A stretch of 64,000 nucleotides of DNA from Chrysomallon squamiferum (Eukaryota > Animalia > Mollusca), in the NCBI GenBank assembly GCA_012295275.1, contig CM022672.1, forward strand, positions 4,588,001-4,652,000. The letters run 5' to 3'. Within the stretch, counting starts at the first letter, position 1. Every line of letters starts with the position of its first letter. The notes beneath the pieces are model-generated. The model was not told where the DNA came from. It was given only the letters and a program-made list of their open reading frames with translations, and did not search any database. The position numbers and the translations under genes were made by a program. Positions 1 to 16,027 of the stretch are shown here, in pieces.

Positions 1-21
1 ACTACTACTACTACTACTATA

Positions 22-53
<32 letters not shown>

Positions 54-414
54 GTATGATTTATTAGACAAGAAGCCTCAGGTCAAGATTTAATTATTGT
101 CATGATCTGTGAATTCACGACTTAAACAGCGTTTATCGATCTTCCAGTATCTACAAAATTAGAAAGTATTTGTGTCTGTGCGGGTGTGTGTGTGTGTATG
201 TGTATGTGTGTGTGTGGATGTGTGTATGCGTGCTCGCGTGCATGTATGTGTATCAGTATATGTAAAGCTAATATAATATTGATAATAAAAAATGTAAAGT
301 GTTTATATTTGATCCACTTTTGATGTTTAGAACGTTATCATTTTATAAAATAAAAATTCCTTTATCTATCTCCAAATTTAGTCACCATAATTAACAGTCA
401 AAAAAGGTTAATTT

Positions 415-478
<64 letters not shown>

Positions 479-829
479 GTAAGAAGAAGAAGAAGAAGAA
501 GAAATAAACGAACAAATAACTAACTAACTAAATAAGTAAATACATCGTTCGTTTTCTGTTTGTGTTTTTTCGATCAGAAATATGTTCGTAAATTTTGTTT
601 TATTATCTAAATAACTCACCAAATTTAGAGGCAGTAATTAGTAAAGCGTGTTTAATATCTTTAAAAACTCACGAAAAATCCAACGTTCTGTCTGAGTTTC
701 TTTCATTAAATGATAAATGGTTTCGCTTCAGTTCTCTTTTTTGATACCTTTTAAAAGATAATTTTCCACTCCTCTTTATGTATATCGTTTTATTCTGATT
801 AATATTAATCATGATGATAATAAATAAAA

Positions 830-880
<51 letters not shown>

Positions 881-3686
881 ACAAACAAACAAACTGATAT
901 AGTACTACCCACTATTCAAATGTAACTAACTTATGAAAAGAAGCAGAAGAAAAAATATCGTTTATTAAACAATAATAAATCTCATTCTCTGAAATGAATA
1001 TTGAAAAAAAAAAAAAAAAGCTCAGAAAGAAAAACAAATGACCTTTTCGAAACGAAATACCGCGCACATTGAGGATTACATGAAAACAAACGTAACATAA
1101 AACATAAATATATTGTGTCAGTTCTCCGAGCTACAAAAGCAAAGTAACGATTTATTTTCGCAAAGATCCGCGCTTCATGCTAGCACTAGTGCTTTTAATG
1201 AGGCCAATATAACTCTATCAATAAAGCAAAGAATTATGTCCTCAAGGGATCACGCTTCTTGGCCATGCAAGTAAAAGCCATAAATGGAAAATAAATGGTT
1301 CGCTCGTATCGGCTATCAGCGTTAAATTAGGTCTTGTCATGGCAGCGGGCTAGAAGCGAGCCGAAGACGGTTTCCAACGCTCTGAGGATCTTCCGTAATG
1401 ACGAGGAACGCAGCGAAACAGCAAGTCGTAAAGAGCGATTCTAAGAGATCTATAGGGGAATGGCTCGGCTAAGAGACAAATTTGATTATGGTTTAATGAC
1501 GTTATCATCAACGTAATTGTGTTTCTTGCCAAGTTTGGGCGCGCATTGAGTGCTGTTGTATTTGCCTCGAGGTGATAAACCCTTTAAAGTGTGCTCATCT
1601 GTGTGTTATTTGAGTCCTCGGCTTTCTTTTCATTACAGTGCTGTCACCGGCAATAAGAACAAATAGCAGGGTGCTTACACGTTAAACTGTAGCACGTTTG
1701 TATAAAAAAAAAAAAAAGAAGAAGAAAAAAAAAGAAGAAGTAAAACGAAATAAAATAGAAAGAGAGAGAGAGACTGACGTCCATTTGACAAGCAAACACC
1801 CGAAAATTACTTCGGCAAACACCGAATAAACCGCACTAATACGTTACAGCGACCTCTGTCGTCAGCTTCCGGTAGCGAAATGATGGTAATACAAATGAAC
1901 ATTCCCTTGATATTTTAATAGTAGAAGACGAATGTAATTTTAAATTTTTTTTTTTTTTTTTTTTTTTTTAAAGTTAAAAAAAAATACTAAAAAAAAAATT
2001 AAAAAAAAAAAATAATACTAAAAAAAATTGTTTTCAAATAGTTTTCAAAATTACCGGTGTTTGGTTGTTGTTTTTTTTCCTCTCTTTTTGATTTGAACAG
2101 TAAATAATTGGTTCTCATTTTGCTTTCACTGAAATCAAATGAAATTTGATTAAATAATTAGTTTTTATGTATTCATCTATTTTTGAAAAATAATAATAAA
2201 ATAAAATAATAATTTGTGCACATATATCTTAAAATCAAAATTAATTTATTTTTTCCTCTTTTTTTTTTTCTTCACAGAATGGTTTCGTATTAATGTTAGA
2301 TTTTGTTATTAATTTCATTAGGCCGTGATACATCCTTTAAATTAAAAAAAAAAAAAAAAAAAAGAGTAAAAATAAAATCCCCAAAATGTTTGATTTTTGT
2401 TATTATGAAATCTCAGAAACAAAACAAATTATGTGTATATATATATATATATATAAAAACAAAACAACAAACAAACGAAAAAAAAAATACCACAAACAAA
2501 ATAACCTCCCAAAATAAAACAAAGAAAAACAAAACATGAAACAAACAAACAAAAAACTGGAACAACACCACCAATACAGTAAAAGTATATATATAGATAT
2601 ATATATCTATATATATATAACACTTGAAGGCGAAAGATAAAGAGAGAAAAAGAAGAAAATGATGATGATACAATAACCACCAAGTGTGATTTCGTTTTAT
2701 CACTGTTCACAGGGAATATGTTTATAATTTAAACATCCATAAAGTAAATAGATGATTTATCTGGAATCATTTATTAAAAGGAAATATATATCTATAAATA
2801 AATAAATAAATAAGAAGTAAATTAACAAGCCGATAAACAAACAAACAAAAATTGAACTGTAACAAATTATAAAACAGAATTTTTCTCTAAATTCTCTCAC
2901 AACGAAGTCATTTATTTGTTATAAAAATCAAATAAATCGAAATACCCAGCGCGTGCCATGAACGCGCGTGCAAATCACTGGGGCGACATCTGGAGTCACG
3001 ACTCGGAACGTTTTGCCCATTTTGGCTGATAATAACTGTCTCATTTCTGGTTAATACGCATCTATAATCAAAGCCAGCTAAATACGCGAGCGACCGCACG
3101 CCAGTCCCAGGACGGCACTTGACAATTATCTATCGTCTGAATTATCACATCCGCTGAACTCTTCAGTTTAGATCTTTAGCACGTAGCTAACCACCATTTA
3201 ATTTGTTATTCAGTTGTCGCCCTTTTTTAATGTGGAATTAAAGCCACTGAAGCCGATGTTTGTGTATTAGTTAGCATTAAACGGAATAGAAGGATTTGTT
3301 TATTTGTTTATTTATCTTCTTTTTTTTTTAAATTAAAATTACTATCTATTTTATTTTTCTTTATCTCTTTCTTTTTATTTTATTTTATTTTATTTAGTTT
3401 TTTTTAGATTTTTATTTATTATTATTTTTTTTTTTTTGGTATATTATTTATTTAGTGCTAATCAAAAATTTATAAGAAATCAAATTAATATAAATATTAC
3501 TACTTTCACTGAAGTAGATGGATATGCAGTAGTAGTTAAAATATTAATAACTGTAATGATGGTAGAGGCAGCACTATGAGAAGGAGTGGCAAATGTAGCT
3601 GTAGTAGGCGTAGTAGTAACAGTAGTAAAAATGAAAATAAATTTTTGGAATTGTCTTCAGTGAAAAAAGGCCTTTTTATCTTCCAT

Positions 3687-3806
<120 letters not shown>

Positions 3807-4270
3807 CTTTCTCAATCTCTTTATCATTATTACCATAATCATCTTTTAAATTTTAAATCTCTTACTTCATGCTGGCATCCTTGGCAACAAGAACAGCTGC
3901 AAGATTTTCTTTCATTTTTTTTTTTTTTTTTTTTTTTACCTCGTTAATTACCCATCGCTTCAGCTCTCGTACGTAGAGACAGGTATTTATTTACCTGAGT
4001 CGATACCTGACTTTTAATGATCAACTATTTTACCTGCTACTCGCCATTTAATGATGAACATTGTCGACTGATTTCAGACAGTGTATCTCCAATAATTACA
4101 CCTGTGATCTCTTATAGCGTCCAATTTGGCAAATGGCGGCTAACGTTTTGATTAAAGTGAGGAGGTATCGATTGGCAAACATTTCCATTACTGTGAACAT
4201 AATAAACAGCGACAAGTGTGGAGATATAGCTTTGAGTGTGCGCCTTAGACAGACATACAGACAGAGAAAG

Positions 4271-4343
<73 letters not shown>

Positions 4344-4380
4344 AGAGAGACTGTTAGAAATTTGTTTTATTGTTACTATA

Positions 4381-4447
<67 letters not shown>

Positions 4448-5202
4448 ATTATTGTCGTTGTTGTTGTTGATGTTGTTATTATGTTTACTGTTGTTGTTGA
4501 TGTTGTATTATGATTATTATTGTTGTTTCTTTTATTATTTCTATTACTGTTATTAATATCATCATCATCATCATCATCATCACTATTATTATTATTGCTG
4601 CTATTCTTCTTCTTCTTTTTATTGTTGTTGTCGTTGCTGCTGCTGCTGCTGTTGCTGTAGTATTTCATGACACATACTTTACTGTCTGTGGACAAAAAAT
4701 CCATGTTAAAGATTAGCTGGTTACGGCTTTGTCTAACGGCGAGAAAGTCCTGATTTTCTATCTCAGATGATGATAATGATTCACCAGAGCGCACAGAAAT
4801 ATGAATGACACCTACTAATCGCTAATATTAAAACGTGTGGACCCGATACCGTTATGCAAGACATTAACCGTTAGTTTGACATGAAAGTTGCAGCCGTCGT
4901 TCTCTGCTGCCTAATACCGTTATGTAAGGCACTAATAGTTATTACCTTACTACAGCTGCTATCATACGTGCTTGTAATTACAACTTGTTACAGTATTTAT
5001 GCAATGTTTTTACAAGGACACTCACAGAGATAAAAATAGATCACCGTTTAAGGAGACGTAACAGACCAGCGATTTATGAATATAATATTATTTTATAAAT
5101 GAATGAAATATTATGAGTTACTCGTTGAAAATATTAAATAATATTTTTATGTTGAATCTGGACCGTAATTACAAATATATACGAATTATTGTTATTATTA
5201 TT

Positions 5203-5273
<71 letters not shown>

Positions 5274-5459
5274 GTAAATATGTATTTAATAAATATGTAA
5301 ATGTATACCACATTTAATGAAATACTACAACAGCAGCAGCAACGACAACAACATTATATAATAAATACTGTAATCGTTTTCAGTTTCTTTCAGATTTTTT
5401 TTCACTTAAATTATATAATTTTTTACATTTATATTTGTTTGACAGTTTCCTTGTGTGTC

Positions 5460-5620
5460 TTTTTCAAGCTATTTCTACAAGCAGTTATATCTTTCAGAAG
5501 TTGCGAAAATATAAAAAAGATAAAAATAGAATAAATAAACTGAAAGAGAAGAATGTAGAAAGAAAGCAAGAGAAAGAAAGAAAAAGAAACAAAAATGAAA
5601 CAAAAAGAAAAGGAAGAAAA
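5460..5620 (+). repeat. Local dispersed duplication, copy 1 (copy 2 at about 7208-7370)
   Basis: TTTCAAGCWATTTCTACAAGCAGTTATATCTTTYAGAAGTTGYGAAAATATAAAAAAGATAAAAA is nearly identical in both places. Confidence 0.85.
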
Positions 5621-6484
5621 AAAGTGATATGGGTTCACATTACGAGAAGGAAAGAAGAAAAAGGGACAGAAAAGGGAAGAAAAAACCGAAATAAACAGAA
5701 ACTGACAAGAAGATGATTTAACCTTTTTATTTATTTTCTTTTTTTTTTCTTTTGTATTTGTACTACAAGGAAAACTATATTTTGAAATTTTTACAATTCT
5801 TCTTTCTTTTTTTTATTATTTAAAATTTTTATCCAGAATAATACGAATTCCTTTTATAACCTGAAACGTAATTAAAAAGTTCGGATGTATTTAAACTGTA
5901 ATTATAATCATCCACGCAAATAATATCTCGGAACGGCGATTCGATCGCGATACCTAACCAACCCCATAGACCAAACGGCTTGACTGCCCGCAAGCTATTT
6001 TATATTGAGACGTGATCAGGTGTTTCGAATAGAACTAATAATTAAAATCGCTGTCTAACAATCGACGACGAATAATCAAGACTGACTGGTATAAATTCGA
6101 TAGCTTTGGCACTTGGCGCTCGGGTTGTGGAATTATATTTAAGCATTGCGTTTCACGACGAATTCTGCGCGTACGCTTCATTTGATTTCGTAGGACGCAA
6201 TTGCACGCGTCGAAAGATTCGGGTTACCAATTAAAGAAAGAAGGCGAGAGAAGACTAGGCGTTGAAACGTATCGTCTGAAAGAGAAAGCTTTAAAAAAAA
6301 AAATAATAATAATAATACAAATAAAAATAAATTTAAAAAAAAAAAAAAATTAAAAATCAGGAAATCTTAAGTCATTTCGGGTCCTCTTGTCAGACTAACT
6401 CCAAAGCACTAAAAATGTCCTTGAGAGGAAAATACGAGAATGTTGAAGTTGAAATTGTACAGGTTTATAGTTTCGTTTGATTCG

Positions 6485-6533
<49 letters not shown>

Positions 6534-6758
6534 TGTGTGTGTTGGACTGCTTATTTTTAATTCTTTGAATAAATTTAATTTATGTTGCATGTTTAATTAA
6601 ACTGGCAGATTACACGTGCATACATTATGTGTGTATCTTTCTGTCTTTTACTAATTATTTATTTATTTATTTGTTTGTTTGTGTGTTTGTATGTTTATTT
6701 GTTTATTTATGTATGTATTTATTTGTTTGTGTGTTTGCATGTTTGTTTGTTTACTTGT

Positions 6759-6833
<75 letters not shown>

Positions 6834-7207
6834 CTTATTTGTGCGTGAGTTTATGTGAGTGCAAGAGAGAAAGGAAAAGAGGGAGAGAAAGACTTTCCAG
6901 TTACAGAAAACGAAAAATAAAGAAGAAATAAACTAAGAAAACTCAGTGAGAATTACATCTATATTAAGTTTGTATTAATAAGAGTGTTAGTCTATTTGAG
7001 CAAAGGGGGACAAGAAGAATTTAAAAAACACATATAAAAAATAAAATAAAAATGTATATACAATAAAAAAAATGAAAATAAAAATATAAAAAAACCTATT
7101 AACATTTGTTTTTTAATTGTTTTAAGATACTGTCTATCACTTCATCTAACATAAATGACTAAATTTAAAATTAAATTATATAAAAAATTTTATATATGTG
7201 TATGTTG

Positions 7208-7370
7208 TTTTCAAGCAATTTCTACAAGCAGTTATATCTTTTAGAAGTTGTGAAAATATAAAAAAGATAAAAACTGAATAAGTAAACTGAAAGAGAAGAA
7301 TGTAAATGTATGAAGAAAAAGAAAGCGAGAGAAAGAAAGAAGAAGAAACAAAAAGAAAAGGAAGAAAGAA
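7208..7370 (+). repeat. Local dispersed duplication, copy 2
   Basis: Direct repeat of about 5460-5620. Confidence 0.85.
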
Positions 7371-7621
7371 AATTAAAGAAAAAGAAAGACAAGGAAGTAA
7401 AAAGGACGAAGAAAAATAAATAAATAAATAAAAATAAAAAACACGGAGAGTATACACTATTAGAGTAGGTAATAAAATCATTTATGAAATTATAAATATA
7501 TTTACAAACACACTTAAAATGTAATATGATTTTATAAAACAGAAAACTCATTTAACAAAAACAAATAAAATATTTTATTTCAGAAATACTAATCGTTTAA
7601 ATCATTATAAATTTCATCAGG

Positions 7622-7652
<31 letters not shown>

Positions 7653-7680
7653 ATAATAATAATAAAATTAAATTAAAAAT

Positions 7681-7734
<54 letters not shown>

Positions 7735-7912
7735 GTTAAAAACAAATATAAAATAGTCCAAAATTAAATTTAACTCAAATCTAATTAACCTATTAAATAA
7801 CAAAATAAAACAAATAAATAAAATAAAAACATAATAATAGTGAATTAAAAAAATATGTAATAATATTACAAGTAATGATCAATGAGTAACAATAATAACA
7901 CTAATAATGAAG

Positions 7913-7964
<52 letters not shown>

Positions 7965-8066
7965 GTTAATGATGATAGTAATAAGGAAAATTACACTTTT
8001 AGCGACAGTGTTTGACAGTGTAAAATAAAATAAAATAAAATAAAATAAATATTAAGTATATATATA

Positions 8067-8102
<36 letters not shown>

Positions 8103-8123
8103 ATTAATATTAAAGCCACAAGA

Positions 8124-8173
<50 letters not shown>

Positions 8174-8759
8174 ATATATATATATATACACATATATATG
8201 TATATATAAATAAACACAACTGAGTATAACGTATAACAAATGACTCTGATTTATACAGAAGAGGGACATCATCCCCGATGTTAAATAATTATAATCTCTG
8301 CGTCAGCGACTTCCCGTTGCCGTTACCGTTGCAGTAACAGTGACAAAAATATGGAGAGAGCGTCCCGCTGCTACAGTAACATATAATATCGAATTACACG
8401 TGCTTTTCGTACAGCGTGGAATCCACTTGAAATGTTAAGTGAAAAAGTGACATGACGAAATAGAAATGTAAAAAAAAAAAAAAACAAAAACAGTGGTCAC
8501 TATTTTTAAAGTGGTCTTGACAACACAGGCAGTCGGCTACAGTTTGTTTAATCTTCTGAGCGATCAAGTACTTTTCGTGGCAAATTATTGCATATTCATT
8601 CTTTTAGGTATTATGTATTCAGAGAAAAGGACAGAGAGAGAAAAAAAAAAAACCCACGTGAAAAGAAAAGGTTTTCAAGATCGAAAATTGCCTCAATCAA
8701 CCACTTGTGTATTTTTTTTTTTTTGCTACAATACCCACCTTAGTTAAAATACCCGTTTG

Positions 8760-9540
8760 ATTGTCTCCCCCTTTTACCCACTCGCCCACCCCTCCTCTCA
8801 CCGAGGTACTTGTCGCGTAACATAAGATTTGAAAGGGCAGCAATTTGCTGACATTGTCGCCTATGCGATGCCTATCAACTGACGGTCTCTGTATGCACTT
8901 ACAGGCCGATGAAAATCCTTCATTGTTAGTAAACGTCTAATGTCATTTCTTAACTTCTAGTCCGCCGTCACATACCCAGCAAGACGGAACAATCCTCGTT
9001 AATAACATTCCCACTGTGTTTTTCATTGTTCGGACGTAGTCGACCAATGGAAAAACAGATTTTATCTCGCACCCGATTTAGTCGACCAATGAGAAAACAG
9101 ATTTTATCTCCGCTGCCAACAATATAATCGACCAATGGGAGGAGCGATTTTATCTCCGAGCTCGATCAGTGCTAATTTGATGGGCGGGGCTTACCTCTCG
9201 CAGGGTTTTCTCTTTCATTAATGCCAGCGGTTTTTGAAGTCATCCAATCGGCGATTTGCTTGAAGATGTCACTTGCTTAATCTAAAGACACTTATTATTT
9301 GACGATTATTACAACAAATAACACATGAGCTTTGATGAGCGATCGCGCAGTTGGATAGAATAATTTCCTAGAATCGCATCTCGTTATTTGAGGTGTTCAA
9401 CGAACCACCCGCCCTTCGCATTCGCTAATTAGGAGGTGACACTTGAATGCGGCGGTTGGGGGTTGACAAATCCACAACACAAAGTCATCTCGGCTGAACA
9501 GCGACTCAAAGTTTTTCTTGGCTACTGATATCACTCAAAA
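8760..9540 (+). promoter_or_regulatory. Putative Hmx promoter (CpG-rich)
   Basis: CCAAT boxes at 9044, 9086, 9132 and 9244, and a GC box GGGCGGGG at 9182-9189. Several CACTTG/CACTTA NK-type sites. Lies 0.55-1.3 kb upstream of the ATG. The TSS cannot be determined. Confidence 0.65.
9037..9157 (+). repeat. Triplicated 42-46-bp promoter module
   Basis: TCGACCAATG-N8/9-GATTTTATCTC occurs three times. Confidence 0.9.
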
Positions 9541-10096
9541 CACACAGTGGTTTTGTTGTTAGCAGGGTTTTATTTTTTTTATTGGCTACAGGACTTCGAA
9601 TATTCTACACTTTGGGATATTCATTTTCGTACTGTGGGAAAAAGGCTCTTAAGAATTTGTTTTCCAACTTTAATTATTATTATTTTTTGTTCATGCCTTA
9701 ATGGTGAGTCAGTTACAGGATTCCAAAACTTTGACGAAAATTGGAGAAAAAAAACTTTATAGTTTGGTTCAAGAACTTTGATGTTTGAAGGTTTGTTAGA
9801 ATAATTTTTGTGTGTAAACTGTTATCAGTCAATTGTTTTGACAGACGAAAAGTGATGTAAACTGGAAACATTTTACAATATAAATACAAGACTCAGGAAG
9901 CAAAAGTTTTTTATTTATACAAAACTGAACTTGGAAAAATCAGAAAACTTTAAAGCAGTTTTCTCAAAAACAGAATCTTATGAAATTTTCTAAATCAGAT
10001 TCTTAACAACCAGGAGGCTGAAAATTTCACAATTTATATATATATATATTTAAAAAAAAAAAACCCAAAACAACTTAGATTATTTATTCTCCAAAA

Positions 10097-10376
10097 ATGT
10101 CGGAGAGTCCTGATTCCCCTGCTAAGACTCCTGAACCTCCTTCGGCTCCTAGGAGCTCGTTTTCCATCAGCAGCATTCTTGGAAATACGGACAAGAAGGA
10201 AGACAAGTCTGCGGACGACAAAAGCGCAGAATCTAAAGATGCCATCATATCCAGTATTTCTGACATTTACTCCAAATACCAAGTCCTGTCAGACGCAGCA
10301 CTGTCGTCTAGAGCAGGTTTTAACTTCTGGTATCCATGGTACTCGTCCTTCATGCAGTCACAGGTGGATTTCAGCG
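10097..10376 (+). CDS. Hmx: Hmx/NK5 homeobox protein, coding exon 1
   Basis: ATG at 10097 in AAAATG context. Encodes an eh1/TN motif FSISSIL (10160-10180) and FWYPWY (10325-10342). Ends at donor G|GTAACT (GT at 10377-78) in phase 1, which matches the exon 2 acceptor to give a GTG (Val) codon. Confidence 0.9.
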
Positions 10377-10380
10377 GTAA

Positions 10381-10421
10381 CTATTATTACTATTACTATT
10401 ATTTACTATTATTACTATTAC

Positions 10422-10470
<49 letters not shown>

Positions 10471-10602
10471 TATTATTATTTATTATTATTGTTATTGTTA
10501 TTACTATTATTATTTATTATTTATTATTATTATTTATTATTATTATTGTTATTTATTATTATTATTATTATTATTATTTATTATTATCATTATTATTATT
10601 TA

Positions 10603-10648
<46 letters not shown>
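10381..10648. repeat. (TAT)n microsatellite at the start of the Hmx intron
   Basis: About 270 bp of imperfect TAT/TAC repeats starting a few nt after the donor. Confidence 0.95.
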
Positions 10649-10649
<1 letters not shown>

Positions 10650-10694
10650 GGTGGTAAAAAGACAAAAAATGCAATAATTTGCTCTCTGATAAAT

Positions 10695-10745
<51 letters not shown>

Positions 10746-11024
10746 ATTATTATGTACATAAATAATGCACAAAATCACATTTACAGTTTGTTATTATAAT
10801 ATATATTTTTTTTAATTATAATGCATATAATAATTTTATATCTGATTTATTTTATTTTTATTATTACAAAATGCAGATGCTTAATTCGTATTCATATTTG
10901 TTTTTATTTACGACAAAATACAAAAGCTGCAAAATGCTATGCCTGATAAATAATTCTTAAATATAGAAATATTTGTCTTCTAACATAAACAACGTACAAT
11001 ATATCATATATATATACATTATAT

Positions 11025-11058
<34 letters not shown>

Positions 11059-11650
11059 TTATATACATACACACACACACACACCTACATATTTTTGTAA
11101 AACATTAAAAAAAGACAATATTTAAAAATACTTTTTTGAATACATGATGCATAATTATTTATTTGAGATACATTTTTAAAATTGTCATTTCTTTATAGCA
11201 TTCAAGTAACTTTCAATTAACATAACTGTTTAATTTTTAATGCATTTTTATTTCTCTACATAATATGATATATATATATATAAAAGAGATATAACTAAAA
11301 CAATTTTTGCGTAGATACATTCATTCATACGTACATAATCTATGTATATTTAGGCATTTCACTTTTTGCATAAAACGTAAAATTATTTGTTTTCATAAAA
11401 AGAAAAGAAATCTCATTTTTCAACGTTATGTACATTATAAAAATGTTTACGTTTCCAATTTTATAAATATTATCATGAATAGCATATAATTTAAACTGAC
11501 AGAAATCAATATTCATGAAATAAATATCAAAACAATGTTTATTAATAAGTTTCTTTTTTTTTTTTCGTTTTCTAAAAATTTTTATATTCTTTATTTAATT
11601 TTCTGTCATTTAATATTATGATCATTTTACTATTATTTTCAAAATTGTAT

Positions 11651-11693
<43 letters not shown>

Positions 11694-11923
11694 TTCGTCA
11701 AATTGAATATCCTTATGCAGCGACTTAATTAGCATTTTTAATAAACTGTTACCATTCTTTGATATTATATTTTATATATTATAGGTCAGTAATTTCTATG
11801 TTATATAATTTATGTAAAAAATTATTTTTAGCAATTCCGATTCATCAGTTATTTAAGTATAAATATAAAAAACAATACGAAATGAAATAAATAAATAAAT
11901 ATCAAAATAAATAAATAACAAAA

Positions 11924-11982
<59 letters not shown>

Positions 11983-12545
11983 CAAACATACATACATACA
12001 TACATACATACATACATACATACATACATACATACAAACATATATATATACATACATACATACATACATACATAAATACATAAATACATGCATACAAACA
12101 TACATACACATATATTTACGTACATATACGATAAGAATTAAAGTTTTACTGAACACATTATAAATGATTTTGCTCTTTCATTTTGAAGATAACAGATAAT
12201 AATTAATTTCTGTGCAGATACAGTTATATAATAAATATATTCAGTAAAACGATACGGCTAGTATTAGGTTATATAACTGTATTATTCAGTAAGTAGCATG
12301 CTAAATATTAAATTACAGAATACAAAACTAGAAATAATTTTTCGCTTTATCAGAAATAAAGAATAGTGATTTGAGAATTACAACAAAAAGCAAACAAACA
12401 AATAAACAAATAAAAAAATAAACAAGCAAAAAACCCACAAAAAAAAACAACAAAAAAACACACCAACAAAAAAAAAAGAAAAAGAAAAATAATAATAATA
12501 AAAAAATAAATATAATAATAAAAAAATAATAATAATGAATATACA

Positions 12546-12676
<131 letters not shown>

Positions 12677-13484
12677 AATTAATGACATTCACCACACACA
12701 CTGAATATTAATATAATTATAACAACAACCAATTGATACTTCCAAAACAACTATATTATTACTGTTTCAGTAATTTTGTTGTTGTTTCTAAATAATATAT
12801 ATATAAGAAAAATGACAGACTAAAATGAAGAAAGGATTAGAAAAAGAGAGAGAGAGAAAAAAAGATAACTGTTAATGTTTGATCCTAATTGTTTTGATTT
12901 TTCTTATATCTTCGACTGTTTTGCGTCTAAATGAAAACTGTTATTTATTTTTATTTCTGTGAGTTAAATACGCTTCAGTCACTGTTTTGTTTGTATCAGT
13001 AATTTTACTTTACATTTTTTAATATGCATAGGAATAGTAATTTATCCAAAATATAATTTTTTTTTCTTCAAAAAATGAATAAATAAATAAATAAATATAT
13101 AAATAAATAAATAAATAAATATAAAAATAAAATAAAATAATTGAGAAAAAAGAAAAATGATAATATTAAAAAAAAATATATATACAAAAAAAAAGAGAAA
13201 AAAAGAAATAAATATTAAAAAAAAGAAGAAAAAAAAAGATCATAATATGAAATAATTTTTACATAGTAGTAGACATGGATTTCATTATTGTGATGTAGTA
13301 AGCTCTATACAAACTCAAAAAACAACAACAAAAAAACATGTTTTAATGTATTACTGATAGGTTTTTAAGTATTTATTTATTTACTTTTAAAAAGAATTAT
13401 TTTATACTGCTATTTTTGTTTTATTATTATTGTTGTTGTTCTTTTCGTTCCTGTTCTTCCTGTTCTTTTTCTTCTTCTTCTTCT

Positions 13485-13615
<131 letters not shown>

Positions 13616-14581
13616 AATTAGGGATATGTACTCTAGTCAGAATTTTAATAAACAAATTTAATAAACTTATCACTGTTGTCTAAATACATAGAAACAAACA
13701 AAAGAAACAAATATTTTAAAAATATATAACTAAATTACAAATAGCCCCCAAAAAATGAAACAAACAAACAAACAAACGAACAAAGAAAGAAAGAAAGAAA
13801 GAAAGAAACAAATAAATAAATATTAAACAAACAAACAAACATTATACAGACAGACTGACAGACAGACAGACAGTTATTGGATTCCAGGACACTAATTTTC
13901 ACTGCAGTTAGTACAAAGATGTGGAGTGTGGTTGTTTAGGTTATCCAGGCAAAATGCCCCAAAGAACGTTTAACAATAAAAAGAAATAATGATTTGTTGT
14001 TTGTTTTGTAAATACTTCAAAGAAAGCCATTATCTGATATAGCGGTGGGTTAGTGTATCAGCGGCTTCAGTCAGTTATTTTTATTTTTTTTTATTTTTTA
14101 TTTTTTTAATTTAGCCAGAAGTATTCGACTGTAATAGATAAACTGTTTCTTTTACTTTAATTTTTTTTCTTAATTTTAAATTCTCTGTTTCTTTTCTTTT
14201 AATTAATTCTTTTATTTTCTTTAAATAAAATTTGTTTGTTTTTTCTTTTCTTTTTTTTTTTTTTTTAAATTATTATTCTCTCAGTTTTATCTTTATTTTT
14301 TCTTTCTTTTATCTTTCGTTCATTCATTCATTCGTTCAGTAAATCTTTCTTTTGTTTATTTTCTTCATTTAGAGCACTTTGATTATTTTCCTTCTTTTTT
14401 TAATTTAATTTAATTCTTGATTTATTCGTTATTTTAATTCTTATTTTTCAATCGTTTTTTTTTTTTTTTTTTTTTTTTTTCATTTAATCAGTAATAATAA
14501 AACTATTATTACATAATAGAATTGTATTCTCTAACATTTCTATATTATTAAAATATTACTTTCATGCATGTGTAAAGGATC

Positions 14582-14623
<42 letters not shown>

Positions 14624-14781
14624 TAATAAAATAAAAAAAATAAAAAAATAAAAATAGTTATTAAAACAGTGTGTCTAACAACAACCGTTATAATTAAAAT
14701 AACAAACACAAAATCAATAACATCAAGATATTTTCATTATCATAATTAAAGTTATTATTAATTAATTAATTAATTAATTAA

Positions 14782-15468
<687 letters not shown>

Positions 15469-15589
15469 GAAACCGTTACACCTGCGTTATACAACAAAAC
15501 AAGAAACATTTTTGTTTAACGAGACTCAAGCATGTTTACAATAAACACACAACGCGGTGCAGTGCTCCGTCCGTCCGTATTTTTCTTCG

Positions 15590-15621
<32 letters not shown>

Positions 15622-15983
15622 AAAAGAAAGAAAGAAAATAAGAAAAAAAAAGAAAGAAAAAGAGAAGAAAATGAAAAATACAAATAACAAATGTGAAGAT
15701 TATTTTCAGCGACAGTGCATTTGGTGCGTACAAACTACGCACAGAAAGCGAAGAAAAATCTAAAAATAAAAGAAGAAGAAAATGAAAACTTATAAATTTA
15801 CTTTTTTGTGTGTGTGTGGAAATGTTCGTATTCTTTGGTGCAGACAGTGAAAAAGTCTCCAGGCGTTTATATGTTTATAGTGAAACTGAACAGAAATTTA
15901 AAACAGCAACGACTTTTTAAAAATACAATTATCATTTATTTATTTATATATTTATTTATTAATTTATTAATTTATCATTCTTA

Positions 15984-16027
<44 letters not shown>

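Noticed and set aside
9701-9998. ATG|GTGAGT donor-like site and possible 5' UTR intron of Hmx
   Set aside because: Cannot be supported without transcripts; the candidate acceptors are weak.
10377-10657. Poly-Tyr/Leu extension of the 186-aa ORF, resembling a membrane anchor
   Set aside because: Read-through into the intronic (TAT)n. A phase-compatible donor exists at 10377.
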